Source: the human T2T-CHM13v2.0 reference genome, Homo sapiens | Reading direction: 5' to 3' (one strand) | Assembly (NCBI RefSeq): GCF_009914755.1 | Contig: NC_060927.1 | Length of the DNA stretch: 64,000 nucleotides | Shown here: positions 33,308 to 46,068 of the stretch, in pieces | Layout of the letters: the number at the start of each line of letters is the position of its first letter | Position numbering within the stretch: position 1 is the stretch's first letter | Translations under genes and position numbers: made by a program | The notes under the pieces: model-generated | What the model saw: only the letters and a program-made list of their open reading frames with translations | Databases searched by the model: none | What the model was told of the DNA's origin: nothing

Positions 33308-33387
33308 TTAGGGTGTCATAAAAGTAATTGTGGTTTTTGCCATTAAAAGTAAGGGTAAAACCCACAATTACCTTTGCACCAACCTAA
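33308..33387. mobile_element. MADE1 (Hsmar1 mariner MITE), 80 bp, TA target duplication
   Basis: ta|ttagggtgtcataaaagtaattgtggtttttgccattaaaagtaagggtaaaacccacaattacctttgcaccaacctaa|ta. Confidence 0.92.
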
Positions 33388-35266
33388 TAATTATACTGGG
33401 AATTTCACATTAAAATCTATATGTATTCTATAACTATTTGTCTGAAGGTATCTGTTTCAAATCTGGAGCAGTGAACCTTCTGTCTGTGATGTTTAAGTAA
33501 ATAATTTCATGTATGAAATAAAAATACATCTGTATTCTCAAATATCTAATGGCCCTTTTATTTGATTTTTGTTTTGAGAAATTTTGGGATTCGATATACA
33601 TTTTAAAATTTTTCAAAGTTACTAAAACAAAAGGTTTATCTTTTCTTAAAATCCAAAGTTATTATTTAGACTGACTTCTCTAATATTAAAAAGAGCCAAG
33701 AGGAAAGATCCTCCGGATTCCAATTTTCTAAAATTGTGTGAAATTTCAAGACATCTTAATTTTTTAATATGAGCCAAAGAGCTCCATTCTGCTCAAAGTT
33801 AAAGGCACACATGTTTAAAATGTCAGGCCCATTAACTCTTTCAGTCTCCCAAGAAAATAACTGATGCATACCTACACTCATGCAAAGCAAGTGTAAGGCA
33901 GGGAAGATTATATTTTATAGACACTTAAATTTTGAGTTTAAAGTAGATTCCACTGGCATATGAAGGAAAATCTTTTTTTTTTCTATTGGTATTTATGGTT
34001 TGATATAAAATTATTTCCAGTGCATTATTATGTAGGGAAAGACCTCATCCTTTAGATATAGCTTTTGTGTATCTCTATGTATTTTGCATGCCCAGTAAAT
34101 CATCAGCAGACACATAAGAATATTGCTTTCTCAGAAGTTGCTGGTCATATGGATTAGGAGATAGAGCACAGTTAAATATTCTTGATTATTTGAACACAGC
34201 TCTGTAAACATTGCTCATCTCTGAACTGCAGTATTAGACTTTTAAACAATTGAAACTTGTTTAGGCAGAAAAGCTGCAAGCTATGATAATGCATATGACA
34301 GCTTCACTCAACTGAAATATAGGATTTCAACACAGAATTAAATCCACTTTATTGGTGATCTCAGTCTGGATTTAAGCATTGTCATCATGAGGGAAGGCCA
34401 CTCCTTATTTAATTGTTCATTCAGCCCCTAAAACAGATCTGACAAAGTAATCATAAAGGGGATAATTCTAAAAGATTATCCTTTGAAGCAATTATCCTTG
34501 AAAGGGATAATTGCCAACTCTATTATTTACCTAATAATTCTAAAAATTAGACCTGATCCAACCCTCACATACAAATTAGAATTTTTTTGATGATGTTGAG
34601 CTCAATTATCTCCCTCTCATAGTAGGAAATGCTACATATATTGGTTTGAATTATGTCATGAAGACACTTATGCTCAGGGTGGGGTATGTGTGTGTGTGTG
34701 CATGCGTGTGATAGAATTATACTCTCCATTACTTTGCATTTGTAATATATAAAATATATTTGTTGTGAGGTAAGAGTGGCTCTTCTTTTGAGATTACATT
34801 TTTAAAATTTAAAAACTTAGATCAGAATTAAAATAGAACCTTTCTCTTCTATTGAAGAAGATATTTCCTTACCCAAATGTAATTTTTATCTCCTTTCATT
34901 ATTTCACTTTGGCCAGAACCTAATTCTCCACCAAACACTAGTTCCAGGAAGCTCTCCTTCTTTCCCATCTGTGGAAGAGATTCTGAGGTGAATATACTCC
35001 TGCATGCAGAGAGTCTCATCGGTATCCATACCCCTCTCTGTGTTTTCATCACTGGAGGAGTCCGTGAGAATGTTCTGAACCATTCTATGTCACCAATTAC
35101 CCCACCCATTTTTATAACCACCACAAGGTTCTTCTAAGACCTTCCTTCCAGCCTACAATATTTAAGTCACTTCTTCCTTTCTTGTGCCTAATACACTAAA
35201 TCCAAGAGACTACGCCACTCCAGTGGACCCCTTCCTTTCCTGTCCTATTAACATTCCCAGTTAATG

Positions 35267-35570
35267 GAAGGTTGAGGAGGGTGGATCACTTGAGTTCAGG
35301 AGTTCAAAACCAGCCTGGGTGAGAGCCTGGTTGAGGTTTCTATAGCAAGACCATGTCTAAACTAAAACAAAACAAAACTAAACAAAACAAACAAAACAAA
35401 CAAAAACTAGCCAGACATTGTGGCATGCATCTGTTGTCCCAGTTACTTGGGAGGCAGAGGCAGAAGAATCACTTGAGCCAGGAGATGGAAGCTGCCTTGA
35501 GCTGTGATTGTGCCACTGTACTTCAGCCTGGGTGACAGAGCAAGATCCTGTCTCAAAAATAATAGTAATA
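35267..35570 (+). mobile_element. 5'-truncated AluJ-like SINE with expanded (AAAAC)n linker
   Basis: ggatcacttgagttcaggagttcaaaaccagcctggg ... tgtgccactgtacttcagcctgggtgacagagcaagatcctgtctc. Confidence 0.88.
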
Positions 35571-36360
35571 AACATCAAAAACATACTGGACTTTTGGTAG
35601 AATTTGCATCATATTTAAATGAATAATTTAGCAAAGATCTCCCTAACATACTGTTTTGTTCAAGTCACTGCTGATTCTTAAATACCCTACTAACTGTTAG
35701 ATTTGTCTCCCTGATGTCAAGCTCTGCATTCTTAATCTACTATGTCTACCCACACTTGCTGGTGGACCTCCATCCTCCCTATCTAACCCTGACATTCTAA
35801 TTCCCCTATCAACCAATGTAATGTTCATTCCTGCTCCACTGTTTTTGTTCATGGCTTCTTCTAGCAGTGTTGCCTTTTCTCTGATGTCCCAAAAATCTGT
35901 GCCAAAGCAAACATTTTCTTTAAATGATTTCACATCCCTCATGGATGCTCACTCCTAGAAACTAAAACCAATAAACATATATGGATAGCCACCAATTTTC
36001 TGCCCTATTTGTTATCACCTACATTTCTAATAAAAAGAACAAATGTCTCAATGATAGTGAATTTCTCTACTATTACAACAAAGTGGGAAGGGGCATGCTT
36101 CCAGAGACAATCAGAATCTTCAGGAATGTGCATTAAAATGTCCTTGGCTTACTTCTTACTTCCTCATCCCTAATGAGAATTTTGTTCAGGAAGGAGTATT
36201 TATAGCCTCTGTGAAAGTAGTGCAAAAATTCAATCAATGCAATATCCATGAAAGAAAAGAGTATGACTATAGTATTCATAACTTCAGCCTAAATACCAAA
36301 GCAAAACCTAGCACATAATAGGCATGCCAAAATGTGTATTATATAAACAAATATTTGTCC

Positions 36361-36804
36361 TGTGGTTGATAGCATCATTGTTCAAAATATTCAAATATTT
36401 TGAATATTTGAATATTTTGCACTTTCTCTGCAGTGTTCTTCCCTACCAGAGGAGTGCATATATGCCTGTGTGCAACTGACATTAGGCCTCACCATGCAAT
36501 TGACTTTGGTAAAAAGGATAAAAGAGTTGAAGTAACATAGATAATGTATGCCCTAACATTATGTTCATTTTCTTTGAACTTTAAAACAAGCAATGCCCAG
36601 ATACACCTGTTCCATTAGAGTATATCCAGAAATGAAGTCATATTGAGCAGAGCCACAGTGAAGAACAAACCTTTGTTACTGTAAGCCACTGAGATTGGGA
36701 GTCATCTATTACTATAACTTTGGATACTTAAATATGTATCAAATATTTTCTAGTCAAAATCCTCACGCTTAGGCGTAACTTAGCCTAAGCTGTCCTCTGA
36801 TACA
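36361..36804 (+). mobile_element. MaLR LTR (MLT1I/J-like) carrying two secondary insertions
   Basis: tgtggttgatagcatcattgttc... ends aaacctttgttactgtaagccactgagattgggag...taacttagcctaagctgtcctctgataca. Confidence 0.75.
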
Positions 36805-38155
36805 GAAAGAATCAGATACTTGAAGTAGGATTATTTTTTCCTAGTACTGGCTATTTCTTTTGAAAGAAAGAAAGGGCAATCTCTTTTATTCAAGTTTATG
36901 AGTATCTTCCATAAAAAACACCATCCCCAGTAACACAGAAAATAGACTTAAAGGACAGAAAGAAAGATAACTTATTTTTTCTATTTACCTACATTCAAAT
37001 TTAGCAGCAGGAAAATTTGGAGGAGAAGGGAATCACAGGAGGTTTTAAAATGTTTAGGTCATATAAGTCTTTCAAAATGTACATAATGAACTTGTATTAT
37101 GCATGATTAAAATAGTAATCATAAAGAAATATATAACATGATAAAGTGAAAACCATATATTTCTTGTAAATATTGGGTATATATATATAAATTACTGTGA
37201 CTACATTATTTCAGATAAAAACATAAAGTATAAAGTTAATATTTTTATACTTGAAAGTATAAAAGTCTAGAAGTATTGTTTTTTTTTTTCTACTGAAAGC
37301 TTTAGAGGAGTCTAGAGCTCTAAGTTAATTTGGTTCAATATTCAGGCAGGAAATGCATATCTTTCCGTGTAATTTCATCCAGGATACACTTGAGAAATTT
37401 ATCTTTACTTATGTAACTTTTGTGGAAATTTTTCTTCTCAGAACTGATCCATAATTTAGCATGTGTAATTAACACATGTTATGATGTGTTAATGATCTCT
37501 TATTTACAGAGCATCTAGCTTCAATGAACAAAAAGTACTCTATTAATTTATTCTCTAAACTTATGCATCTGTAAGTATCTCTGGACTTACAAATTAACTC
37601 TACTAAAGAGTAGATTTCTTTAAAAGATTTATTTAAGGCCAAGAATAAAAAATTAAGACATGCAAATATTTCTTTGTATGGCAAAGGTATTTAAGGATTT
37701 TGATTTAGAATTAGAGTATAAGAAAAGCACTTCCAATCTCCTATCAGTGTTCAGCAGGCTGCTGATGGCTACCTAGAGCCTTACATTTTTATTAACATCA
37801 TAAGAAGAACTTAATTTGTAATGAAAGGCTACTTTGCAATTATCGCTAATTCTACATTTACCTGCCTCTATAATTTGCTTCACTTATGGCTGTCTCTTAC
37901 ATTAATATTCATTACAAAAGCCACTTTCTAATATTACTTGATTTGACAGAAATGCATTAGCTATGACAAATGCTTCATAATGTACTCAGACAGTATTAAT
38001 GCAAGCAGAACCTGTGGTAATTATTGCTATTTAAATATACAGATTATTCCTTTTGGTCTGCTTTTTAAAAATGGAAATAAAATCTACAGCCATCAGAGAT
38101 TAGAACTATCTGCTTTTTAAATACACTTTACATTAGTATCATTTCCCCATATTAA

Positions 38156-38530
<375 letters not shown>

Positions 38531-39342
38531 TGAAAATTTTTAAAAAGATAAACTTCTCACTTGTGTGGGAAAAAGGAACCCCAGGAGGATGAGTTGCTTG
38601 ATTTGGCAGTAAGGGTAAGGCCTCCTGTCACTCAATATCAAATCACCCTCCAGAAGTTCCTTTCCTTACTGTTCCCCTGTCCCCATCACATACAGCCCGG
38701 TCACCCAGCTCCTTCCAATGAAGAAAGATCGGAAGATAAAGAGTGATCTTTTTACTGTAATGATCACTAAAATGCGTAACACATATGGCCTGATTCATTA
38801 GTACGTTATTTGATTGACATTCGATATTCACTTGTTCTATTTTGTGAGCTCAGTCCATGAATATGCTCATCTTCCAATAATCTATTTTAATTCAGAGAAT
38901 ATAGATCATTTCAAAGTAGCAAGTAATTTAAATCTGTCCTATAATTCAAATACATTTAGATATGTATTCGGATATGGTGTTCAAAACAATTTTAACCAAA
39001 TAACAGCATCAGTAACTGTCATTTCATTTGTTACATAAATCATTGAATTTTACTTTAAGAAAGTACATTTCAAATTTACTTATCACATATGATAATCTTT
39101 AAACATTTATTTTATTTTCAAGATTTTCTACATATGTGAGTTGATTAACTGAAGCTTACTCCATCCTAGGCAGAGTGAGAGGTGGTGAGAAACAAAAAGC
39201 TGTCTAAGACACTGGCTGAGCAATCGCTGATAGTGACTGAGATCACCTACAAGCAACATGATTAAGATTTCTACTATCATAACAATGGGGATCTAGACAG
39301 AATTTTAATATATCTCACAGGGCATTTGATCAGAGTCACCTC

Positions 39343-39533
39343 AGTGGTTTTCAACATGTTTTTAGCTAACAGACTCTTTCTTTAGAAAAAGATTATGCAA
39401 AAGTCCAATTCTTAATACATAAATGCAGATATTGAAACTGCATTGAACAATCTAGAGTTCTGAACTCTACACTATGGTCCCTTGTGGAGCTTGGTGAGAA
39501 CCCAAGGGTCAACAGAGTAGACTGTAAACCATT
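39343..39533. mobile_element. hAT-Charlie MITE (MER117-like)
   Basis: cagtggttttcaacatgttttttagc...gaacccaaggg...gtaaaccatt. Confidence 0.5.
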
Positions 39534-39539
39534 CCCCAT

Positions 39540-40350
39540 ACACATTCTCCTCTAAAATGCCCCAGGCCAGTTTATTCTATGTGCTAGACTGTTTTTGTAC
39601 AACCCCAATGGCTGAGAATTCATCGCCTCATGAGATAGACCAGTCTACCTTCAGATAGCTTGTTTTTTTCCTTCACAGACAGGGTCTCGCTCTGTCATCC
39701 AGGCTGGAGTGCCGTGTGTGATATTAGCTCAGTACAAACTGTAACTCCTGGGCTCAAGCGATCTTCCCACTTTGCCTCCACAAAGTGCTGGGATTACAGG
39801 TGACAGCCACCACTCCTGGCCTCAGATAGCTTCTAATTTTTAAGGAAGTCTTTTTTATTGACTTGGAAGTCACCTTTCTGAAACCTCCTTTCACTGTCTA
39901 GTTAGCTAGTATATTTGTCTTGGGGGCCTAAAACAGCATGTGAACTTAGTAGGTGCTCAATATATAACTGCTGGATAAATAGATCTAGTTCTATTTTTTG
40001 AAGTCATAAACTTCATAATCCCTGTTCCAAATAGCAAATTGAATATTTGGACACTACTCTCAACATTTTCTTTAGGTTCAGTGTTGCAGTTCCATCACAT
40101 GCTTTTCCCAGTGTATGGTTTCCAGATTTCATTCACCGTCCTGGGTGTTTTTTTCTGACCTTCAATAATTGTATTAACTTTCTTTGAAGTAAGGAGGACA
40201 GAACTGAGTCCAATGAACTAAGTGTGATTTGCAAGAGTGAGTATGTAGAGCCATTGAGTCTATCAGTCTGGGCTCTTTTGTTTATGAATTCTGAGTATGA
40301 CTGTAAAAACTCATGGGCTAGGACATTCACATGGTTGACTCCTACTAAGG
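39540..40350. mobile_element. L3/CR1-like fragments
   Basis: gatagcttctaattttaaggaagtctttt..., cagaactgagtccaatgaactaagtgtgattt; highly decayed. Confidence 0.4.
39662..39821 (-). mobile_element. FRAM (free right Alu monomer)
   Basis: Single monomer with right-arm insert; TSD tcagatagctt at 39651-39661 and 39822-39832. Confidence 0.85.
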
Positions 40351-40375
40351 GTGTGGATCACTCAATTCTCTAAAT

Positions 40376-40592
40376 CAGGAGTCAGTAAAGGGTGACCCAT
40401 GGGTCAAATCTAATACACTGTTTTTCTAAACAAAGTTTTTTTGGAACACTGGCCATGACCACTCATTTATGTATGATCTAAGGCTGCTTTTGCACTACAA
40501 TGGCAGAATCAGTAACTCTGACAGAAAGTGTATGGTCTGCAAAGACCAAAATGTTTCCATCTGGCCTTTTACAGAAAAGGTTTAGAGGCAAC
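40376..40592. mobile_element. MER58A-like hAT-Charlie MITE
   Basis: aaagttttttggaacac...actcatttatgtat...ggctgcttttgcactacaatggcag...ctggccttttacagaaaaggttt. Confidence 0.85.
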
Positions 40593-40947
40593 CATTCCCT
40601 AAGTCATCCTTGCCCATGGTCACTGAAGTTCAGGCCAACAGAAGAAGTACTTCCTAATAACACAAACCCAAGAAACCTGGGAGATTACTCCCTCTTAGGC
40701 AAAGCTGAACTTTTGCCCTTTTTCAAATTAGTGATGTCCTAACCTTTGTAATCAGTAGAATTATCTGTGAAATTTTTTTTAGAAGTGCCAATTTCTAGAC
40801 ATCAAATTAGGTCAACCAACTCAAATGTAAGGCTTTGAATAAACTCTTGCATGAGTACCTAGGATGTCTTAGTCCCATCCTTCTACCATGGTACTCTTCT
40901 GCTTATTGGAACATGATCTCTGTTTTCATTGCGGTGGTGGTGGTTTC

Positions 40948-42080
40948 CTTAATTTTTACTTTGAAATAATTTTAGATCCACATAGAAGTTGCAAAAATAG
41001 TATAGAGAGAATTTCTGTGTAGTATTCATCTAGATTCCTGCAATGACAACAGCAACCAAAACAAAATTACCAAAACCAGAAAATTGACATTAGACAGTAT
41101 TATTAAAAACTAGAGATTATATTCACATTTTACCAGCTTTAACATGTAATCTTGTTTAAATATACATTTCTATGAAATTTTATCACATGTGTAGATTCTT
41201 GTAATCATCATCATGATCAGGAATAGACTGCTATATTGCTCCAAAAAATAGTTATTTGTACTACCCCATTAAAGTCATAGCTTACCTCCAACCCTAAATC
41301 CTGGGAACTATGCTATGTCTTCAATGTAATTTGGAGAATGTCACATAAGTGGAATAGTAAAAGATGGATCACTTTGAGATTGGTTTTGTTCACTCACCAT
41401 AATGTCCTTGAGATCTATCCAAATTATACATATCAATAGTTTATTCCTCTTTACTGCTGAGTGGTATCCCACTGTATCTCTGTATCACAGTTTGTTAATC
41501 CACTTGCCCAATGAAAGACAGGTTGTTTCTACTGTATGTGAGGATTAACAGAACTGTTATAAATGTCTGGAGTAAATACCCAGCAGTAAGATTGCTGGGT
41601 CATATGGCAAGTATATGTTTACTTTTACAAGAAAATGCCAAATTCTTTCTCACCAGCAATGTATAAAACTCCCTGATGCTCTACATCCTTATCAGAACTT
41701 AGCATTGATGGGATTTGTTATTTATTTTACACATTCTAATAGGTGTGTAGAGGTATCTTATAATGTGCTGATTTGCATTTCCCTGATAGCTAATAATGTG
41801 GAATATCTTTTTATGTGCTTTTCATTGTACCATCTGTGCATTATTTGACAAAATGTCTGCTCATGGCTTTCGTCTATTTTCTAAGTGGATTATTTGTTTT
41901 CTTGCTGTCAAGTTTAAAGTACTTTTTATATATTCTAGATATAACATCTTTTCCAGATATGTGAATTAAAAAATTTTCTCCTGGACTAATATTTCTTTTT
42001 TGCAGACCATAAGTTTTTAATTTTGATGAAATCCAATTTATCTTTTTTTTTCTCTTACGGATCATGCTATTGGCATCATT
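40948..42080 (-). mobile_element. L1MC-like 3' region
   Basis: ttgaaataattttagatccacatagaagttgcaaaaatagta ... gattgctgggtcatatgg ... atttgcatttccctgatagctaataatg; ORF-track peptide VISRIYKKYFKLDSKKTNNPLRK is ORF2-like. Confidence 0.85.
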
Positions 42081-42084
42081 CTTT

Positions 42085-42720
42085 GTCAGTCAGGGTCCAA
42101 TCAAAAAAGAGAAACTGGCATCGTAATTTGGACAGGGGAAATTTAATGTTAACTGTAACAAGGGATTGCTTAATGACGATTGTATAGTAAGAAATAAAGA
42201 CATCTCCAAATAATATATGAATAGCAGATATAAGGAGCAGTCATGCCTACCTAGGGCTGAAATAATGTGCTTAGAGAAAAGAGCTCACCCTTCCCAGGGC
42301 TGAGCTCTAGACCTTGTTGGACACGGTTTGACCGTGGCTCACTGAATGGTAGAGAGGTTGCCATGAGGCATCACAGGTGGAACTTGCTAACCCTCTAGGG
42401 TGCCACTAGAAGTGGTTCATGGGAAAATGTCTCACTAGAGGCACAATGTTACAAAACTGCTTTAGGGGTGTGTTGAGAGAGGCCACTAGTCTGTGGGCAT
42501 TTCTGGACACCATGCACTGCACAAGCTGGGCATCTTTCGAAGAAGCTATCTGCACCGCAGGAGTCTGGTCAGTGAACATCCAAGACCAAGAAGACAGACC
42601 TCTTCCTCCTGCGATGTCTCTCCAGTGCCCCCTGCTGACAAAGGTTAACATCATGCCAGCTTATAAAGAAGGATATGTAAAGGGTCTAGATCCATTGTCA
42701 CAAGATGGGAATGGTCAAGA
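42085..42720 (-). mobile_element. Ancient ERVL LTR (LTR40/LTR50/LTR52-like)
   Basis: tgtcagtcagggtccaatca...; ctctccagtgccccctgctgacaaaggttaacatcatgccagc. Confidence 0.6.
42623..42640 (-). promoter_or_regulatory. Candidate CTCF motif inside the ERVL LTR
   Basis: Minus strand reads tgtcagcagggggcactg, close to the CTCF core CCASYAGRKGGCRS. Confidence 0.45.
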
Positions 42721-43794
42721 GTGTCCTGCCCTGCAGTTTTACCAGTGCCCTTTGGAGGGGGGACTGCCTCTGCTTGCATTAGTGCTGAGCACAAATAGCA
42801 GGACTCTTTGATCCAGATTCTGAAGTGTCAGGGAGGAGAGGGAGAGGTGTGGTAGGTTTGAGATGCTCTCCTGGAATACAGTGGGTATAATCAAAAGAGT
42901 CCCATCCTACAAGGCTGTCTCTTCCAAGTTTAGAATATGACTGAAAAGAGCAGACTTGTCTTGGGACTATTTTGTCTGAACCCATTGGTACTTCTAGCTT
43001 GCAGACTGCTCCTGTGCCCAGACCGGCATATATAGGAGGCAAACAAAACAAAATAAAGGAAACAAACCAAAAATGGGGAACTTATCACTGAGTCATCCTG
43101 TAAGTCTTGAGGCTGCTAGACAGTCCTACCTCTCTCCCTACTTCTCTTTCTTCAAAGTCTCCTAATGCTTGGCTTATGTGTTCTGTCCAGACTTTATATT
43201 CATAATTAATGCAGGAGAAATAAGGTGAAATGAGTTTACTCCATTTTCTTTTGAACCAGAAACTTTCCATGTCCTAAGTTTAAACTGAATTATTTGCTAG
43301 AAACACGTCAAGGTTTATTTCACATGTACGTGTTTCTGAGCCACAGTGTTACATGATCAGCTGGCTCAGGAAGATGCCTTCTAAAAAAATGCTTATCCTG
43401 ATCCACAGGCTCACTTACTTGATAAAGCTGGAGATGGGTCCTAATGCAAACATTAGAGAGACACTTATGTTATTATGAAGGGCAAGCTCTACTAAATACT
43501 GGAGCCGACTTGAGAAGACAACTTGAATTGTCCTAAACTGCCAGCTGGTGGTGGCAAATGCCCATTAGGCATCATTGATTCTTACCTTTCTGGCACATCA
43601 AGGGACCTGGAATGCCTTGGCACTCTTTTCTGCTATACCATCATTTCTGCTCTTGCTAGGTTAGCTATCATCTTCCTCTATGTTTTTTTAATATAGATAA
43701 CATCTCTTTGATTCCTCCTTTCACCATTTTTCCCATCTGTGAGGATTACAGAGAAGTGGGATATTCCACCTCTGCCTCAAAATTCTAATTCACA

Positions 43795-43985
43795 TTAATA
43801 ATAATGATCATAATAAATAGTAACAGTAACTTTCTATCATTTCAGAACACCTACTATGTGGCAGGCCTTATGTTAGAGGCCTTAATTGCATTATTGATCA
43901 TCCTCCCTATGATTTGTTACTTGACAGATGAAGAAAATTAAATGGTACAGCTGAGATTAGAAACCTAATGTCTGAGTCCAAATCT
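43795..43985 (-). mobile_element. MIR fragment running continuously across the outer edge of the left inverted repeat
   Basis: taataataat...gaacacctactatgtggcaggcc...ttgacagatgaagaaaatta...cagctgagattagaaacc. Confidence 0.7.
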
Positions 43986-44558
43986 CATCTTCTTTTCCCA
44001 AAAAAAAACCCTTTATCTGAATCCCACTACCACCATCACCACATCTGTACCACCCCTTTTGCCTGTACTTTTAGGCACACCTCACAGTATTTACATTTCA
44101 GTTTTCTCTACTAAGCAAGACTGAAAGCTCCTTGATAGCAATGAATTATCTTAAAACACCTACCTAACACAGGATCCTGTGTTAGGATTGGGTCACCAGC
44201 TGATGATTTTTATAGCTGCCAATTTAGAAGTTGGCCGTCTCTGAAAACTGGCTTAGCAGAGAGATTGAAACAATTTATCTAGAGAGTCACAAATTCAGCC
44301 GATGACCAGCTGAGTGGAAGTGATGCTCAGTGAATAATGAGGCTAATCTGACTGATGATCAAGATTGAGTCATGCATGCATATGAGCACCCAACTTGAAA
44401 TGAGGTATCACTGTACGCATTAATTTATAACTACATATGAAGAAAAGGAGACAAGTCTCATAAACCCAAGTGCTGGCCTTTCAAACACACACATTTCATT
44501 CAGAGACTCAAATTTGACAATGATACCTGATAAAGGCTCACATCAGTCATATCACAGC
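43889..44558 (+). repeat. Inverted repeat, left arm (670 bp; ancestral copy)
   Basis: Reverse complement of 48788-49458 with 2 substitutions (44451, 44472) and a 1-bp indel (C3 vs C4 near 44010). Confidence 0.98.
44163..44186. repeat. Perfect 24-bp palindrome cctaacacaggatcctgtgttagg (second copy at 49160-49183)
   Basis: Self-reverse-complementary, no loop. Confidence 0.97.
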
Positions 44559-45807
44559 CTCCATCCTGATTACAAAGTGCATACTGTCCATTTCTCTGAA
44601 TAGGATGCCATGTTATCAAAAGATGATAAATGTGCTTGCAAACAGGTAGGGCTAAAAAAATGCTTGCAATATTTCTTTGTGGTTTTGCAACAACAAACAT
44701 CTTGACTGAATTTCCTATCTGCTGGGAAGTAAAAAGCAAAAGGCTTTAATGATCAGGAAAGTTCAAATGTAAAATATAAAAATGAAAGAATCTGGGCATT
44801 GGGACAGACATTAGGTCACATCTAGTACGACCACAATCCAGAGCTGGAAGTTGCTCCAAAATATTCCTAGCAACCAATCACATAGCCTGTATTAGAATTC
44901 CTCCAAAGTCAGGAAAATATCTAGAGTGCTCTATTTGATAGAATGTTTATTTGTTCATTGATTCACTCATATATTTGTATGATGACTATTCATATCATAC
45001 TTTTTTTTAAACTGGCTAGGACCATGCAAAGCATTAGGAAAATAGCTATGAACAAGATACATATTCTTGAAGAACTTCTATTCTACTGGAAGTGGCAGAC
45101 AATGGCAAAACCGAAAAATAAATGATTTACAAATGTAATGCAGGGTCCCACATGTGGTATCAAAAGCAAGTTCTTATTTATATTGAATCTAATAAGTTCC
45201 TCTGTATTTTTCACTGATTAGCTCTGCTATATACTTTCACGCCATTAGAATAAGGCTTTTCATTCCTCTACACTGTAACACACCAGATATTTTAGGACAA
45301 CTCGCACTTTACCCTCAAGCTTTCCAGGAAAAATGCCTCCAGTGTTTTTTCTAACTCTTTAACATTCCATAAAATATTGTGGCCTTTCATTTGCTACTCT
45401 GATCCTACATTGTAGTGGGTTTTTTTTTCTAAATGCAGTTCACAATTAGTTACTTTTGCTTATTATCACTTTTGTTAGAATTAATTATATGGCCCCAATA
45501 TAAATGTTAGAGGGGCTCAAACATGTAGGGGAATAATAGATATTTGGTAAGCGCTGTCTCTACTTCAAATTACAAATCTTATCTAACATCATGATGGTAG
45601 GTCTAATAACACTATAATCTTCCTCATTGTCAATCCTATGTATTTACTGATGCTTCCAAATGCAATCACACACCATATAATATACTCATGCATAACATTA
45701 ATATAGTCATAAAATGGAGAAAATTTGATTGAGGAATGAGAATCAAACATACTTGCTGAAAATATAATACACATAGCTAGATCACAACCTTCCCTAACAG
45801 AAGCAAC

Positions 45808-46068
45808 ATGCTTAGCACTCAGGATCAGTCCTCTGAAGCTGGATTTGCTGACGTCACATCTTGGTTCCAGCTAAATCTCTATCAGATGTGTAACTTTGGG
45901 CAAGTACCTAACTTCTGTGTTCCTTTGTACTATATCTTTATTCACAACATGAAATTAAAAATCTTTGTTGAACTTTTGCTAGAATTTAATGAATCAATTC
46001 ATGTAAAACATCAGAATGCCTAACTTGTACTATGTGCTACAAATGTGTAAGCTATTGTTACTATTATA
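45808..46068 (+). mobile_element. MIR
   Basis: atgtgtaactttgggcaagtacctaacttctgtgttcctt...catgtaaaacatcagaatgcc...gctattgttactatta. Confidence 0.8.
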
